NCBI RefSeq assembly: GCF_009914755.1
Contig: NC_060940.1
Length of the DNA stretch: 64,000 nt
Direction: 5' to 3' (one strand)
From: the human T2T-CHM13v2.0 reference genome, Homo sapiens
In this document: in pieces, positions 14,455 through 28,689 of the stretch
How the letters are laid out: each line of letters begins with the position of its first letter
How positions within the stretch are numbered: position 1 is the stretch's first letter
The notes under the pieces: generated by a model
What the model saw: the letters and a program-made list of their open reading frames with translations, nothing else
The model's database searches: none
Told to the model about the DNA's origin: nothing
Position numbers and translations under genes: made by a program

Positions 14455-15570
14455 TATGGGTCCAGTGGTGTTGGAGCCCTGCTGTATTTTAATCATAGAC
14501 TTGGCCTTCTTTTAGGAGTGACCCAAAAAGCAAGACCAGTTCGTGGGGTACCTGTATCCAACCCCATTTCAGCTGCTGTGTGGAAAAGTAGGATTTCTCA
14601 TAGTTAACTGATTAGGTATTTTCTCACCAGTTCTAAACACAAAGAGTGCATCTTGCAAAAATATAAAAAGTTGTGGGGGGTGGGGGTGCAGGCAGGGGAG
14701 ATAATGACTGGTAATTGCAAGCTGTCATACTAAAAGATATTTGGGGTGCAAGAGTTACTTCTGCCAGCAGAATGGTAGAATGGAGGAAGGGGGAGATTTG
14801 GAAGGCTTTGGGGTAGCTTGTGAGGGGAGGTACTTTGCATTAAAACTTCTGTCACCATCTGTACTTTCGATTTCACAGTCCTACCCTCACACTACTGGAA
14901 AGGAGAGTTTCATACTGACTGTGGGCACAGGGGAGTGGTTTGCAATTGCAGCTTGTGCTGTTTATATGGTGCATGTGATTTGGGGACCTTCTGGGTTCTG
15001 ATTCGCTGACCTGCCCAGAGGAGGAGGCTGGGCCACTTTCTTTTCCACATTATGTATTGCACACCTCTGTTCTGTGTCTCTCCTCACCTGCTTTGAAGGA
15101 TTTCTTTCCCTCTCTGCAAATCTCTCCCCTCCCGTAAATCAGCATGATTAAATAGCAGAAGGGTGGAGGTGGCGCCATGCATTATGCACATGAGCTGTCT
15201 TTACCAGCCTGTCCATATGTCTGAAGGAAACCTTGTGTTTTAATCCCAAGAAGTCACCTTTTTTGAAGATTACCTTGAAGCATCCAAAAGCTAATAGGAT
15301 GGAGAACTAAAGGCATTTGACATTAATTGTTCTGTCTATTTATATAACTTAAGCACAAGGCAGCGAAAATCTTCCAAGCTGATTATTTCTTTGGTTTATT
15401 CTGAGTCTCTTTTTTAAGCATTCAGAGCTTCTTAAGTAATGAATTTTTAGGAAAAAGAGCCATGCAATGATAAAGTGACTCCAGTAGCAGATTTTTGTCA
15501 TTTTTTTTAAAAGAAGTGCTCAAATAGGGCAGCCATGAATTTTATTTGTGTAATTTACACTTGAATATGA

Positions 15571-15882
<312 letters not shown>

Positions 15883-18159
15883 TGAATATGTTTTATTAAA
15901 TATGAGATTACTGGTAAGGACTTGATGTTTACATCATAGCTGTTCACAAGGTACGTAATGCATTTATTTTGTTTCTTATGTAGTGCCCAGGATAAGAAGG
16001 AAATGAAAGAACCTATGGAAGGGGATACAATTTCAGCTTTGACAGTTTGGGATCATAGTATTATCCTAAAAGCAAGCAAACAAACAAACAAACAGTGCCA
16101 GCTGAAACAATCACATAATCACCTTTCTAGTTATTTTTTCTTCAGGTTCTGGGTCTCCCTCTGGAAATAACAGGTGTTATTTTGACTGAATGACCCCCTA
16201 CTGAGGTAAAATTTGGAGCAGAATATAATACAAATTATATTCCAAAGGTGATAAGATACTTGGGAGTTTGAGCACCAAGAAGAATGTTATCTTAGAGATG
16301 GTATGAGTATAATACAAGTTTGCATTATTATTATTTTGACATAAAAGGGGGAAATTATTGTAAATCTCAGTGTGTTGTCTGTATCAAGTACTCATTTTTT
16401 AAAATATGTTTTTTTTCCAGGGAAAGGCTTATACTGTTGGGAAATAATTTCTTTTAGACATTTAGAGAAAAAAATGTGAAAATTATGTTTTGAAGTGCAT
16501 TTTTGCTGTAGAATGCTAGAAGTCCATTGTTGTTTAATGCTTCATTTACAGCATGCGGATTTACAACACACTGAATGAGAGAAGTGGGGTTTAATTTTTT
16601 CACTATGACTTCTTATAAACCCGCAAGGGGTCTATTTGATGAGTAATAGTTGAGTTGACTTTTACCTACGAGTTACCTTCTCCACGTCTTCATTGCTTCA
16701 TTTTTCCCTCAACCGGATCATGTAATAGAAAACTTCCTCAAAACCTGTTCCTACTTGAGAAATTTCAAAGGATGGAAACCCTTCTTTGAAGGACTTAAAA
16801 TTACATTTATATCAGGATGAATCATGTTTCGACTTTAAATATCACCTTATTTCTGGCGGTCTCTTTTGTTTCCAAGTGGCAAATGTTCCTTCTGAAATTA
16901 CATAGTTTCCTCTTGCTCATTCTGTTTCTAAACTTCTCTGGATAAATGTGTGAAAATAAATGAAATTGTTAAGCCCTGAGAATAAGCTTGGAAAATAGAA
17001 GTTATCCTACCTGGGCAAAAGCTCCAAACATTCTAGGGGGGATAGAGACCCCTCCTCCCTCTTTTAACAAATCCTCCCTTGAACTGGGGAGAGAAAGGAT
17101 CGCCTTCCAGGATTTTTTTTCCCTGACGTGTAACAGTTCTTAAAATACTGCCTTGTTAATTTGTTTCTATTTTACATGAGCATTATACAAACAGTGATAA
17201 ACGAAATGTATCATTTTTTCCCCATAAAGCCTCCTCCCAGATTCTCCTCAGTGTTTACAGAAATGTGCTGTATCCATGAGCTCAGATCAATTGTTTATAC
17301 ACATTGGTGTTCATTTGTTCAAGGCGGCATCTGGGCCTCGGATGTCGGGAGAGACCCACTGAGGCAAAGCACTATTAATAGAAAGGCTTATCTCGTTTAA
17401 GGGAGTAATCATTTTAATATACTCAGGAAAAAGCCAGCGTGCAGGCTCTTGGCCCACCCTTGCCTAGGCAGGGTCTACACCTTCCAGAAGCAAACACAGC
17501 CGAAAAGAGCTCTTAAAGAAGTGATTACAGAGTCATGATTGCTCTACAAATTGAGTCTTTTTTCTGCTTGACAGTGATCCTGGCATCGTCTCCCCGCTTA
17601 ATCCTTACTAGCAATTTGCCTATAGTTGCAGCTAACAAGAGGTGATTAGAGGGGAGTTGCCAGTCACCACTTAACACCCAGCTCTGGGGGCACCATGGGC
17701 ACAGGCTGCCGAATTGGGCCTGTTTTCTTATTAACTCCCCACCTCTGAATGCATTAGCCCAGCTCTTAGCTAATGATAGTTTTCAAGCAACAGCGTGAGT
17801 TCCTGAGCAGCATGGTGATCTGACTCTCCAGCATGCAGCTAGGAAAATTAGGAAGGAGAGGGAGAAAGCATGTTGTTCTTCAAACCAAATAGATGCGCCA
17901 AGGGAGAGGATCTCCCCCAATAAAATTAGGCGCACGCTGTGCTGCGTGGCTGTCTTGGTCTTGGAGGTTGTGGGTTGACACAAGAAGGGGACATGATGCG
18001 TTGCATATTTTATCTGTCCTGTGGAAGGTCCTGAGAATAGCAACAGCAGTGGATCTTGGGTTAGAAGCTAGAGTGAAGTGGTCTGCAGACAGGAGACTAC
18101 ACCTACAGGGGTGTAAGCAGAGAGGCAAGGCAGGCTGTCTGGGGGACAGGTCCTTGGTT

Positions 18160-18720
18160 ATCATACATGAGGGTGCATCAGCATTCCTGCACGGCTTGTT
18201 AAAACCTCTGAGTCTGTGGCAGATACACACCATGGAATACTATGCAGCCATAAAAAAGGATGAGTTCATGTCCTTTGTAGGGACATGGATGAAGCTGGAA
18301 ACCATCATTCTCAGCAAACTATTGAAAGGACAGAAAACCAAACACTGCGTGTTCTCACTCATAGGTGGGAACTGAACAATGAGAACACTTGGACACAAGG
18401 TGGGGAACATCGTGTGACCGGGGCCTGTCATGCAGTGGGGGGAGCGGAGAGGGATAGCATTAGGAGAAATACCTAATGTAAATGACGAGTTAATGGGTGC
18501 AGCACACCAACATGGCACATGTATACATATGTAACAAACCTGCATGTTGTGCACATGTACCCTAGAACTTAAAGTATAATAAAAATTAATAAAATAAAAT
18601 AAAACCTCGAGTTTCTGATTCTGTAGGATGTAGGACGGGGCCAAGTAATTTGCATTCTAACAAATTTCCAAGAGATGCTGATGCTGCTGGTCTGAGAACC
18701 CCCAAGTTTGAGAGCCCCTG
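18160..18720 (-). mobile_element. MER5A split by an L1PA insertion
   Basis: gggtgcatcag...cttgttaaaac then, after the L1, tttctgattctgtagg...tttgcattctaacaa...gatgctgatgctgctggtc. Confidence 0.75.
18215..18604 (+). mobile_element. 5'-truncated L1PA (ORF2 end, 3' UTR, poly-A)
   Basis: Translates WQIHTMEYYAAIKKDEFMSFVGTWMKLETIILSKL, the L1 ORF2 C-terminus; TSD aaaacctc(t)gagt. Confidence 0.95.
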
Positions 18721-18907
18721 CTGAAGTTGGACAGGCTTGGTTTTGCAAAAATGCGAAACGTACCAAATGTACCCTCCGGTGACTTGCTTAACAACTGTGT
18801 GTAGCTCTCCCAGTGCAGAAGAAAATCCCCAGTCTCTAACCAACTTCTGAGACATTAGGCCATCCTTTCCCCTCCAATTTTACCTTCCCTTGCCCAAGCT
18901 AATTTAA

Positions 18908-19255
<348 letters not shown>

Positions 19256-19269
19256 TTAATTTAGCTGTT

Positions 19270-19605
19270 TCTTGAACATACTCCGTGCCCCCATATCAGA
19301 TATCTTTTTACATTCCAAGAATGTTTCTCCCTCCTATTTGCTCATCCTAAAAGTTCTTACCTGTCTTTTAAGTTGTGGCTCAAGTATTGCCTCCTCCAGG
19401 AGGCCCCAGCTGCATTTGTCATTTCCTCCAAATCTGAACTCCTTATATGCTGTTATGTGATGGATGTATCACGTTGCATGATAGTGCTTACGTATCTTTT
19501 CCCCTGAAGTCAGGAATCCCTTTTATTCATTTAGTTTCTCCAACACCTAGCATTGCTATTGGCATATCGTCACTGCAGTCAACTTTTTTTGTTGAATAAG
19601 TTTTG
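19270..19605 (+). mobile_element. L2 fragment
   Basis: ctcaagtattgcctcctccaggaggccc...acacctagcattgctattggcata...ttgttgaataa. Confidence 0.6.
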
Positions 19606-19638
19606 TATGAGATATATTTGACCTATGAGAATTAATAT

Positions 19639-19809
19639 CTTTTTTTTTTTTTTTTTTTTTTGAGACGGAGTTTTGCTCTGTTGCTCAGGCTGGAGTGCAA
19701 TGGCATGATCTCGGTTCACTGCAACTTTTGCCTCCTGGGTTCTAGTGATTCTCCTGCCTCAGCCCCCTGAGTAGCTGGGATTACAGGCATCCACTACCAC
19801 TCCTGGCTA

Positions 19810-19858
<49 letters not shown>

Positions 19859-19988
19859 TGTAGTTTTAGTAGAGACAGGGTTTTGCCATGTTGGCCAGGC
19901 TGGTATCAAACTCCTGACCTCAGGTGATCCACCTGCCTTGGCCTCCCATAGTGCTGGGATTACAGGTGTGAGTCACTGCACCTGACCA
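19639..19988 (-). mobile_element. Alu (AluS) with expanded internal (ATT)n
   Basis: Reverse dimer; linker expanded to (ATT)n at about 19813-19858; TSD agaattaatatct. Confidence 0.95.
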
Positions 19989-20019
19989 GAGAATTAATAT
20001 CTAATAAGCGAAGACCAAA

Positions 20020-20290
20020 CATTGGAGTCAGACAGCTTACATTTGAGTGTTCACACAATGATATATGTGGATTTTTCTTTCTTTCTCTTTTATTTTGGCT
20101 TTGAGGGCAATTCACTTCCCCTCTCTGAGACTCAGTCTTACTCATCTTTATAATGGGAATAATGATAATGATAACAGTAGTAGAAGTAGCAGCAGCAGCA
20201 ACAGTAGTAGTGAGTGACACTACTCACATCTGCACATGTAGGTCGTAAAGTACAACACAGTACAATGCCTGGCGCTCTGCAAAGAAAAAA
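20020..20290 (+). mobile_element. MIR SINE
   Basis: ggagtcagacag...cctctctgagactcagtcttactcatctttataatgggaataat. Confidence 0.7.
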
Positions 20291-20559
20291 AGTGTATCAA
20301 CAGACAGGAGGATTTCTATTGTTGTCCTTGATTCTACTGTGAGACGTCCACACTGGTGGAAAGGTGACCTGTCTTGTGGAAATGAATGTGTGGAAGTGGA
20401 GAGGACCCGACTCCAGAGCTGGTGGGAAATCGAGCGGCATAAGGCTTCTCTGACATCTCCTGATGTGAACACTGTGAATATAATCTTGTGAACCAGAGCA
20501 AGTGGAGGGGACATCTACTGGACAGAGGCACAGCAACATCCTCTCTCTGGTCACCCCTT

Positions 20560-20950
20560 CCCTGCTCACCCATCCCCGGCCATGCTGGCTTCTTCCTCCT
20601 GCTGAAGCACTCAGGGATCTCAAGGACTTGGCACAAGCCATCCTGCCTCTCCTTCCCTCACCCCCTTTTCATTCATCAGCTGTTGATTTTGGTGTCACCG
20701 TCCTCTGAGAAGCCTTCCCTGGCTAGCCCATCAAAAGTGATCCTGCCCAGCCAACTTTTATTCTCTCTGCCAGCACACTGTACTTTTCCTTCATCACATT
20801 CATAGCTGTCTGCAATGATATTACCTTGAATTTTAGTTTACAGTAAGCTTCAAGAGAACAGGAAGCCACCTATTTTGTCCTCTCATACACCCAGAGCCTA
20901 GAATCTAGAGGAGGTGAGCAGAAAATAGTCGTCAGGTGGATGAATACAGG
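20560..20950 (+). mobile_element. L2 fragment
   Basis: ctggcttcttcctcctgctgaagcac...gtcaccgtcctctgagaagccttccct...cccagagcctagaa. Confidence 0.65.
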
Positions 20951-21696
20951 ATGGGAGGAACTGATAAAAACTGCCATATAACCATCATGGGACATGGCAA
21001 AGGTAGATAATATATCTTTTCCCTTGGGAATTTACAATTTTTATTGGGAAAAGTGCATGGGTAGAGTATCACTCAGATATTTCTTTCTGTGCTTCCATAG
21101 ACCCTATTATTTCCCTAACAGCAAACTCTGCCTTTCCATTCTTCATTACTCCAACTAATAATTATTGAGATATACTATGTATTGCACACTCTTCTAGAAG
21201 CTGCAGAATGTATCAGTAAACAAAATACACAAAAATCTCTGCCTTTGTGGGACTTGTGACAGTGTCGCATTGACCTACTTACTTTCTCCCTGCAATCATT
21301 GAGTTTCTCTTGGTCTAGGGCCATTTGTCATCATAGTTTTTCCCCAGCTCCTAACATGATTCTTCACAGAGAGTACATGCTCAAAACAAATTGGCGGAAT
21401 GAATTGATTTTTAAAAACTTGTTCTACTTTCTTGCCACTAAGTCTATAATCCAACCAAATGAGCTTATCATTAATCTAGCACATTTAAATATTTTTGGAT
21501 AAATAATGTTCCATTGGCCCACAGTAACTATTCCAGCCTCATGTCTTCACTCATAGCCATTCCCTATTTCGAAAATTATTTATTGTTTTGTTGTGGTGGT
21601 GGTTTATGCAATTCCCAAAAGCAAAGCTGCAGCATCTTACTGCTGATAATATTTTGAAACAACTTCCTTCTTTGAATTAAAAATGGTACCCACCTA

Positions 21697-21993
21697 GGCT
21701 GGGCGCAGTGGCTCATGCCTGTAATCCCAGCACTTCGGGAGGCTGAGGCAGGCAGATCACAAGGTGAGGAAATCAAGACCATCCTGGCTAACAAGGTGAA
21801 ACCCCGTCTTTACTAAAAATACAAAAAAATTAGCCAGCCGTGGTGGCACGTGCCTGTAGTCCCAGCTACTCGAGAGGCTGAGGCAGAAGAATTGCTTCAA
21901 CCCAGGAGACAGAGGTTTCAGTGCCAAGATTATGCCACTGCACACCAGCCTGGGTGACAGAGTGAGACTCCATCTCAAAAAAAAAAAAAAAAA
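21697..21993 (+). mobile_element. Alu (AluSc/Y-like)
   Basis: Dimer with poly-A tail; TSD gtacccacc. Confidence 0.95.
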
Positions 21994-22029
21994 GTACCCA
22001 CCCATTCTGTGTTTCATCAAGAGTTGCCA

Positions 22030-22210
22030 GCATGGCATGGAATAGTACATTGGACTTCAAGTTCAGTGGCCAGGGTCCACACAGGAAGCCTGGTCGTCTT
22101 GCTACCTGGATGGCCAAGTGCAAGTCACTTAACTTTTTATAATCTAAGCATCCTTATTCATAGGAAGGGGGCTTGGTTATCATGAATATTAAATAACGTG
22201 TATGATGTGA
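22030..22210 (+). mobile_element. MIR fragment
   Basis: gcatggcatggaatagtacattggactt...gcaagtcacttaac. Confidence 0.55.
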
Positions 22211-22429
22211 CTGGAAAAGAACCAGACGTAGGGATATGCCAAAGAATGTTAGTTTGCTGGTTTCTTAGACTCAGAAAAATAGAAGCACGTGTACTTGAAT
22301 CTATGTTGTATGGTAGTTTTGCTTTCACAATCATCAAACAGGAGTCTAAGCCCACCCTGGTCCTCTGGCTTTCTACTAAGGCACAGGCAGCACCAGCTTT
22401 TCCATAACAACAACCTCAAACCCAAACTG

Positions 22430-23165
22430 ACTAATTATCTACTGTGTGCCATGCACTGTGCTAGTGTTTTGCGTGATTATCTCGTTTGATTCCTTACCTT
22501 AACTCTAACAAGGGATCCTATTTTTTACATGTCTTTTATTATTATTGTTGTTGTTATTTTGAGTAGGACTCTCACTGTGTTGGCCAGGCTGGAGGGCAGT
22601 GGTGCAATCATAGAGCTCACTGCAGCCTCAAGCTTGTGGGCTCAAGGAATTCTCCTGCCTCAGCCTCCTAAGTAGCTGGGGCTACAGGTCTGCACCAACA
22701 TGCGCAGTTAATTTTTTAATTTTGTGTGTGTGTGTGTGTGTGTAGATGGGTTCTTACTGTGTTGCCCAGACTGGTCTCAAGCTCCTGAACTCAAGTGATC
22801 CTTCCACTTTGGCCTCCCAAAGTGTGGGATTATGGGCGTGAGCCACCGCGCCACTGTGCCCGGCTTAATATGTCTTTTATTTTTAAAAAATGCTGGTAAA
22901 ATACACGTAACATAAAATGTGTCATCGGTGATATTTAATGCAACCGCCATCACTGTCCAGTTTCAGAACATTTTTATTACTTCAAAAGGAACCCCATATC
23001 CATTAAGCTGTCCCTCTCCATTCTGTCCTCTCCTTAGCCTCTGGCAATTGCTACAGAACAAAGACATGGAGAGGTTAAGTGGCCTGCTTTAGACCCACAT
23101 TACTGAGTGGCAAAACTAGTATTTGAGGCTGGGAAGTCTGCTACCCTAGTGCAGAACACTTAACT
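22430..23165 (-). mobile_element. MIR interrupted by an AluJ and an L1M fragment
   Basis: ctactgtgtgccatgcactgtgctag...gattatctcgtttgat resumes after 23050 as gagaggttaagtggcctgc...gtatttgag. Confidence 0.6.
22535..22865 (-). mobile_element. Alu (AluJ-like) with internal (TG)n
   Basis: Reverse dimer; TSD atgtctttta. Confidence 0.9.
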
Positions 23166-23826
23166 GTTAAGGTAATTAGCTCCCCATTAGAAAGACCTTT
23201 CCCCCACCATCCAGTTCACAGGAGGCAGGGGCTTGTTTCTAGCTAACACAAAAGATGATTTTCTCTGAGGCCTCATTACGGGATGCCAAGCATTCCCACC
23301 AGTGGGCAGCCTGTGGCACCTAGAAGGTCCGCTCCTTCCACTTGCTTTCCTTACACCCAGCCCAGTGGGAAGGAGGGTGTCACTTCAGCAGTGGGGGCAG
23401 ATGGGTCTTCAGATCCCACAGGATGCCCCCACACTGTGCTGGTCATCCAACTCATTGTCAGGTCAGCAGGGGTGCCTGCTGGCACCCAGAGCTTTTGCCT
23501 GGGGCGGAAATGTGGCTGTCTGACTTTTCTTAGTTTTCATCCTTGTCTTAAAGGTAGGATGAGTCTCCCAAGGTGGGATAGAATGCTGGGAGAGAAGTGA
23601 ACTTTGGGATTTTGGTAAAATTCTCTGCACAAATAACTCCCAGAGAGAAGGGTAATCTGCTACCCCACTCATCTTTACTCTTTGAAAAATTTAGGATCCC
23701 AATCCCAGAAGAGAAGCTTTTTGTGAATTCTCCTAATGCAATCGTTGTGCTTACTGAGGCTGCTTGGAGAGACTGTCACTCAGGTTGCATTGCACCTTAA
23801 AGACATAGGATTTCTTGTCTTAACAA

Positions 23827-24050
23827 CAGGTATGCACAAACATTTTTTTTATAAAGGACCAGAGAGTAACACTTTTAAGCTTTGTGGGCCATCTGGTCTC
23901 TGTCACAACTACTCAGCTCTGCCATTTTAGTGTGAAAGCAGTCACAGACAATACATAAACACATGGGGGTAACTGTGTTCTAATAAAACTTTATTTACCA
24001 AAACAGATGGTTGGCTGAATCTGGCCTATGGGCCATAGTTTGAGAGCCCT
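23827..24050 (+). mobile_element. MER58A (hAT-Charlie)
   Basis: ctttgtgggccat...gtcacaactactcagctctgcc...aataaaactttattta...gggccatagtttg; CAGG...CCTG ends. Confidence 0.85.
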
Positions 24051-24994
24051 GTCCTAGACTCCAGCTGATGGCCTTTTCTGTGATGTGTGGAATCTCCCCC
24101 AAGCATTCTGTTGATTCCTGGAACTATGGCTCCTTTGCTCTCTCTGCTGCTTCCCAGCTTGTGAATTTGCATTCATGGTCATCTCTGTTTTCAGGCCATC
24201 ATAACACAGAATCAACAGCCTTATGGTGTTGCCCCAGAGGATTCAATGTGTCAAGTGGCATTTTCGAACTGTGTAGAAGACTTCTCTGCAGCTTCTGTGG
24301 AGGGAAACAGGGAAGGAGGTTTATATCTTGTAGCCCCCAGCAAATGCCATGCAAAATTCCCGCATAATCTTGTTTTCCCAGGATTCTTTCTCAACAGCCT
24401 TGGAAGTGGGATAGTTGGGGTTGGTGTGCCCATTGAATTCCCCCAACCAAGTACTCAAACTTGCTGATCCTCCCTTCTTTCCTTCTGGGACTTCTTAGGA
24501 GGAAGTCTATAAAATCTCTTGTCTTTAATATGCAAAAAGGTTTTCTTGCCTCTTCTAGTAAAAACACATAGTGGGCAGAGACGGTGAGTAAGGGTCCAGT
24601 TCTAATTCAAACCCTAAGCTCTTAGTTTGCATTCTCCACAATAAAGGCAGTAGTCTCTCTAAAGGAAATTCTCACTGATACTTTTTCTCCTCCCCACGTC
24701 ATCATAGAGACATGGCATGGCCTTTGTTCTAAGGAACTTCAAGTCTAATAGGGGATAATGAATGTTCCATGTAGAGCAGATACAAAACAGTGGACTGAGT
24801 CCATAATGCTGTGTTGGAGTACAGACAAATGCGCGGTGAAATCTTGCTGAAAGACTGCATGGAGGAGGAGGCATCTGAATTGAGTCTTAAGGGGTTCATG
24901 TCACACAGGTGAAGCACACTGACTTCACGTGTTTGAAGAGTTGTCTGGGAGATAGGTTACCAATTTAGTTTCTACAGTATCAGAGATAGAAAAA

Positions 24995-25130
24995 TTCATC
25001 CATCCCTTCTACCATCCTTCTGTCCATCCATCTGTTCATCCACCCATCCACCCAACCACCCATCCATCTAATTATCCAGTCATCTAACTATCCATCCAGC
25101 CAGCCAGCCAGACAGCTAGCCAGCCAGCCT
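24995..25130. repeat. (CATC)n/(CAGC)n simple repeat at an L2 tail
   Basis: Degenerate tetranucleotide array. Confidence 0.85.
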
Positions 25131-25500
25131 TTCTAAAAATACTTATTTAACACCTGTGTGTGCCATGGAGTAAGCCAAATGACAGGGAGAGAAAGGTAAA
25201 TGAGGCCATCTCCAAAGGAGTTCAGAGAAAGGTGGTAGATAGGTATGTTAGACAATTCATTTATAAGCTGAATAGTTAAGTGCAATTTTGAGTATTTGTG
25301 AGAACGATGAGAGGGAACAGTTAATACTATTGGAAACTGCTCTTGGAGGAGTCAAGCCTGAATGATCAGAAAGACACTAAAAGATGTAAAGCAGGTAAAA
25401 AGGAAGAAAGATCAGGGCTGATTTTGGAGAGCACGGAGTAAAGTTTCATAAACCAGGTAAGAGCTTAGGAGATGACAGACATGTGGTGGTATAAGAGATG
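25130..25500 (-). mobile_element. L2 fragment
   Basis: atacttatttaacacctgtgtgtgcca... Confidence 0.5.
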
Positions 25501-25506
25501 AAGGAG

Positions 25507-25828
25507 GGGCGGGGCGCGGTGGCTCACGGCTATAATCTCCGCATTTTGGGACGCCAAGGCAGGCAGATCACGACTTCAGAAGATCGAGACCATCCTGGCT
25601 AACACGGTGAAACCCCGTCTCTACTAAAAATACAAAAAAATTAGCTGGGCACAGTGGCGGGCGCCAGTAGTCCCAGCTACTCTGAAGGCTGAGGCAGGAG
25701 AATGGCATCAACCCGGGAGGCGGAGCTTGCAGTGAGCCGAGATAGCACCACTGCACTCCAGCCCGGGCGACAGAGCAAGACTCTGTCTCGTTAAAAAAAA
25801 TAAATAAATAAAAATAAAAATAAAAAAA
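25507..25828 (+). mobile_element. Alu (AluY-like)
   Basis: AluY diagnostics with (TAAA)n tail. Confidence 0.95.
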
Positions 25829-25959
25829 ATCATCAGGAGATGAGGAGATGGACTGGGAAATAAGACAGAGGCCCAAACACTAAGACCACCATGACCTACT
25901 GGACTGCATCCTTTAGAAGCCCTAAGGGGATCCTAAAGTTTAGAATTCTAAATAAACAT

Positions 25960-26860
<901 letters not shown>

Positions 26861-27819
26861 CTTGAAGCAGCAGCATCTACATCCATGAGGCTTTTCAGCA
26901 GGACCTGGGTAAAGGACCATCAGGTGGAAAATGCAAGATGAACTATTGCAAGCCACATTGAAGGAGAATTTGGCTCACTACCAGGAACATTGCCTGCCCC
27001 CGAAGCTATTTAGCTGTAGGTTTTGGCCTTCAGGTGGGCTTAGTTGCAGGGCTAAATAATTTTCTTTAAAGAGCTTCATCATCCAGGCAAACATCACAGC
27101 CACAGTGCCAGATCCTGTGTCAAAGAAATTAAAGGCTCATTCCTCCATGCACTAAGTTGTGTCATAACTGTAGGAGTTGGCCTGCTGGGGTATGTGTGTG
27201 TGTGTTTTCCCATGGAAATGACCAAAGCAGGCAGCACTTGTTGAAGTACGTCAACATTACTGCAGCACGTCATTCCTTTTATGACATAGCGACCTCTTTT
27301 CTTTTCTCTGCGCTGTGATCTTCAGTTAATTTTTAGGGAGGGTGGGGCATGAAAGCTCCCTGAACATCGTGAGAATTTCTTTCCACAGATGCAAACAACT
27401 CTGTTATGGAGAGTGTAACTCAAGATAGCCTTTTTGGAGGACAGATTGGAAGTACATTTCCAGTTCTCACATTCCTCTCTTTTGACCGAGGAATTTATAT
27501 TTTTTCAGTAGAAGTCATTCTATTCTTATTGTTTTTGTTTTTATTTTTCTATTTGACAATGAATCGTGAGCATCTTTCCTATGGGTGGATGTTTATGTTA
27601 TTTCCGGTTGGTTTTCCCATCCTCTTTCATTGTATGCCAAATTACTGTGGTAGGCAAACTTGGACAAACGTGTTTGAACACATATAGTGCGTGTCATATA
27701 TTTTGTAATAACTGGAATTTCCTGTTCAAAGGTTGGGGATGTGTGAAATTTGGACAGTGTCCATCAGATCACTGTCAAACACAGGTGGAGACATGTGTCT
27801 TCACAACCCAGTGCAACAG

Positions 27820-27930
27820 CATGGCGTTATGCCTCATCCATCCAACAACTCTAGGGGGCAGGCATAAGTAGTCCCATTTTAAAGATGCATAAACTGAGGC
27901 TCCATGAGGTTAAAGGATTGGCGCTGGGTT
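27820..27930 (-). mobile_element. MIR core
   Basis: cccattttaaagatgcataaactgaggctc. Confidence 0.65.
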
Positions 27931-28096
27931 AACTCTTTCTTTGCTATCAGGCATTTGCGGAGGATCACTCAGGAACCTTTGAGGATGAGATGTCCTGAGC
28001 TCCAGCTCCTGGTGTCTGACCTCCCATCTCAGTGAAATAGCTAGAAAATTATTTGGTCTCCTTGCTGAGATTTTCTTAACATATTTTAAAATCTCA

Positions 28097-28402
28097 GCCT
28101 GGTGCAGTGGCTCATACCTGCAATCCCAGCACTTTGGGAGACCAAGGCAGGCGGATCATCCTAAGTTAGGAGTTTGAGACCAGCCTGGCAAATATGGCGA
28201 AGCCCCATCACTACTAAAAATACAAAAAAATAAATAAATAAATAAAAATAGCTGGTCATGGTGATACGCGCCTGTAATCCGAGCTACTCAGGAAGCTGAG
28301 GTAGGAGAATCTCTTAAACCCAGGAGGTGGAGATTGCAGTAAGCCAAGATCACACCACTGCACTCCAGCCTGGGTGACAGAGCGAGACTCTGTCTCAAAA
28401 AA
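28097..28402 (+). mobile_element. Alu (AluS)
   Basis: Dimer; TSD aaaatctc. Confidence 0.93.
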
Positions 28403-28689
28403 TCTCCTGACACCAGAAAGCCACAGAGCAGAAGCATCACAGGGCTCTCTGATTTGCCATAGGATCGTTTAATCTGTTTTATGATACTGTGCTAGTAGAA
28501 TTTTCCAAGTTCACAATCACAAACAAACATACTATCCTCAACTGTGCTAGAATTAAATTATCTTTGCCCCCCCCCCCTTTCTGTTATATTAAATTAGTAT
28601 CCTTCTTCTCCAAACAGGCAGCTCCCACTTTGAGGGTGGGGGAGGAGTACTTGTCCATCAAACATGGGGAAAATGACTCCTACTTCCAT

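Noticed and set aside
15160-15176. CTCF-like aggtggcgcc
   Set aside because: Only the 3' half of the CTCF consensus matches
17893-18375. 160-aa ORF with a recognisable protein motif
   Set aside because: The motif is the L1 ORF2 C-terminus from a truncated L1PA, not a host gene
24540-24592. 25-nt exon-like segment ctcttctag|...GACG|gtgagt
   Set aside because: Not a multiple of 3, no other supporting signal; likely a pseudo-exon
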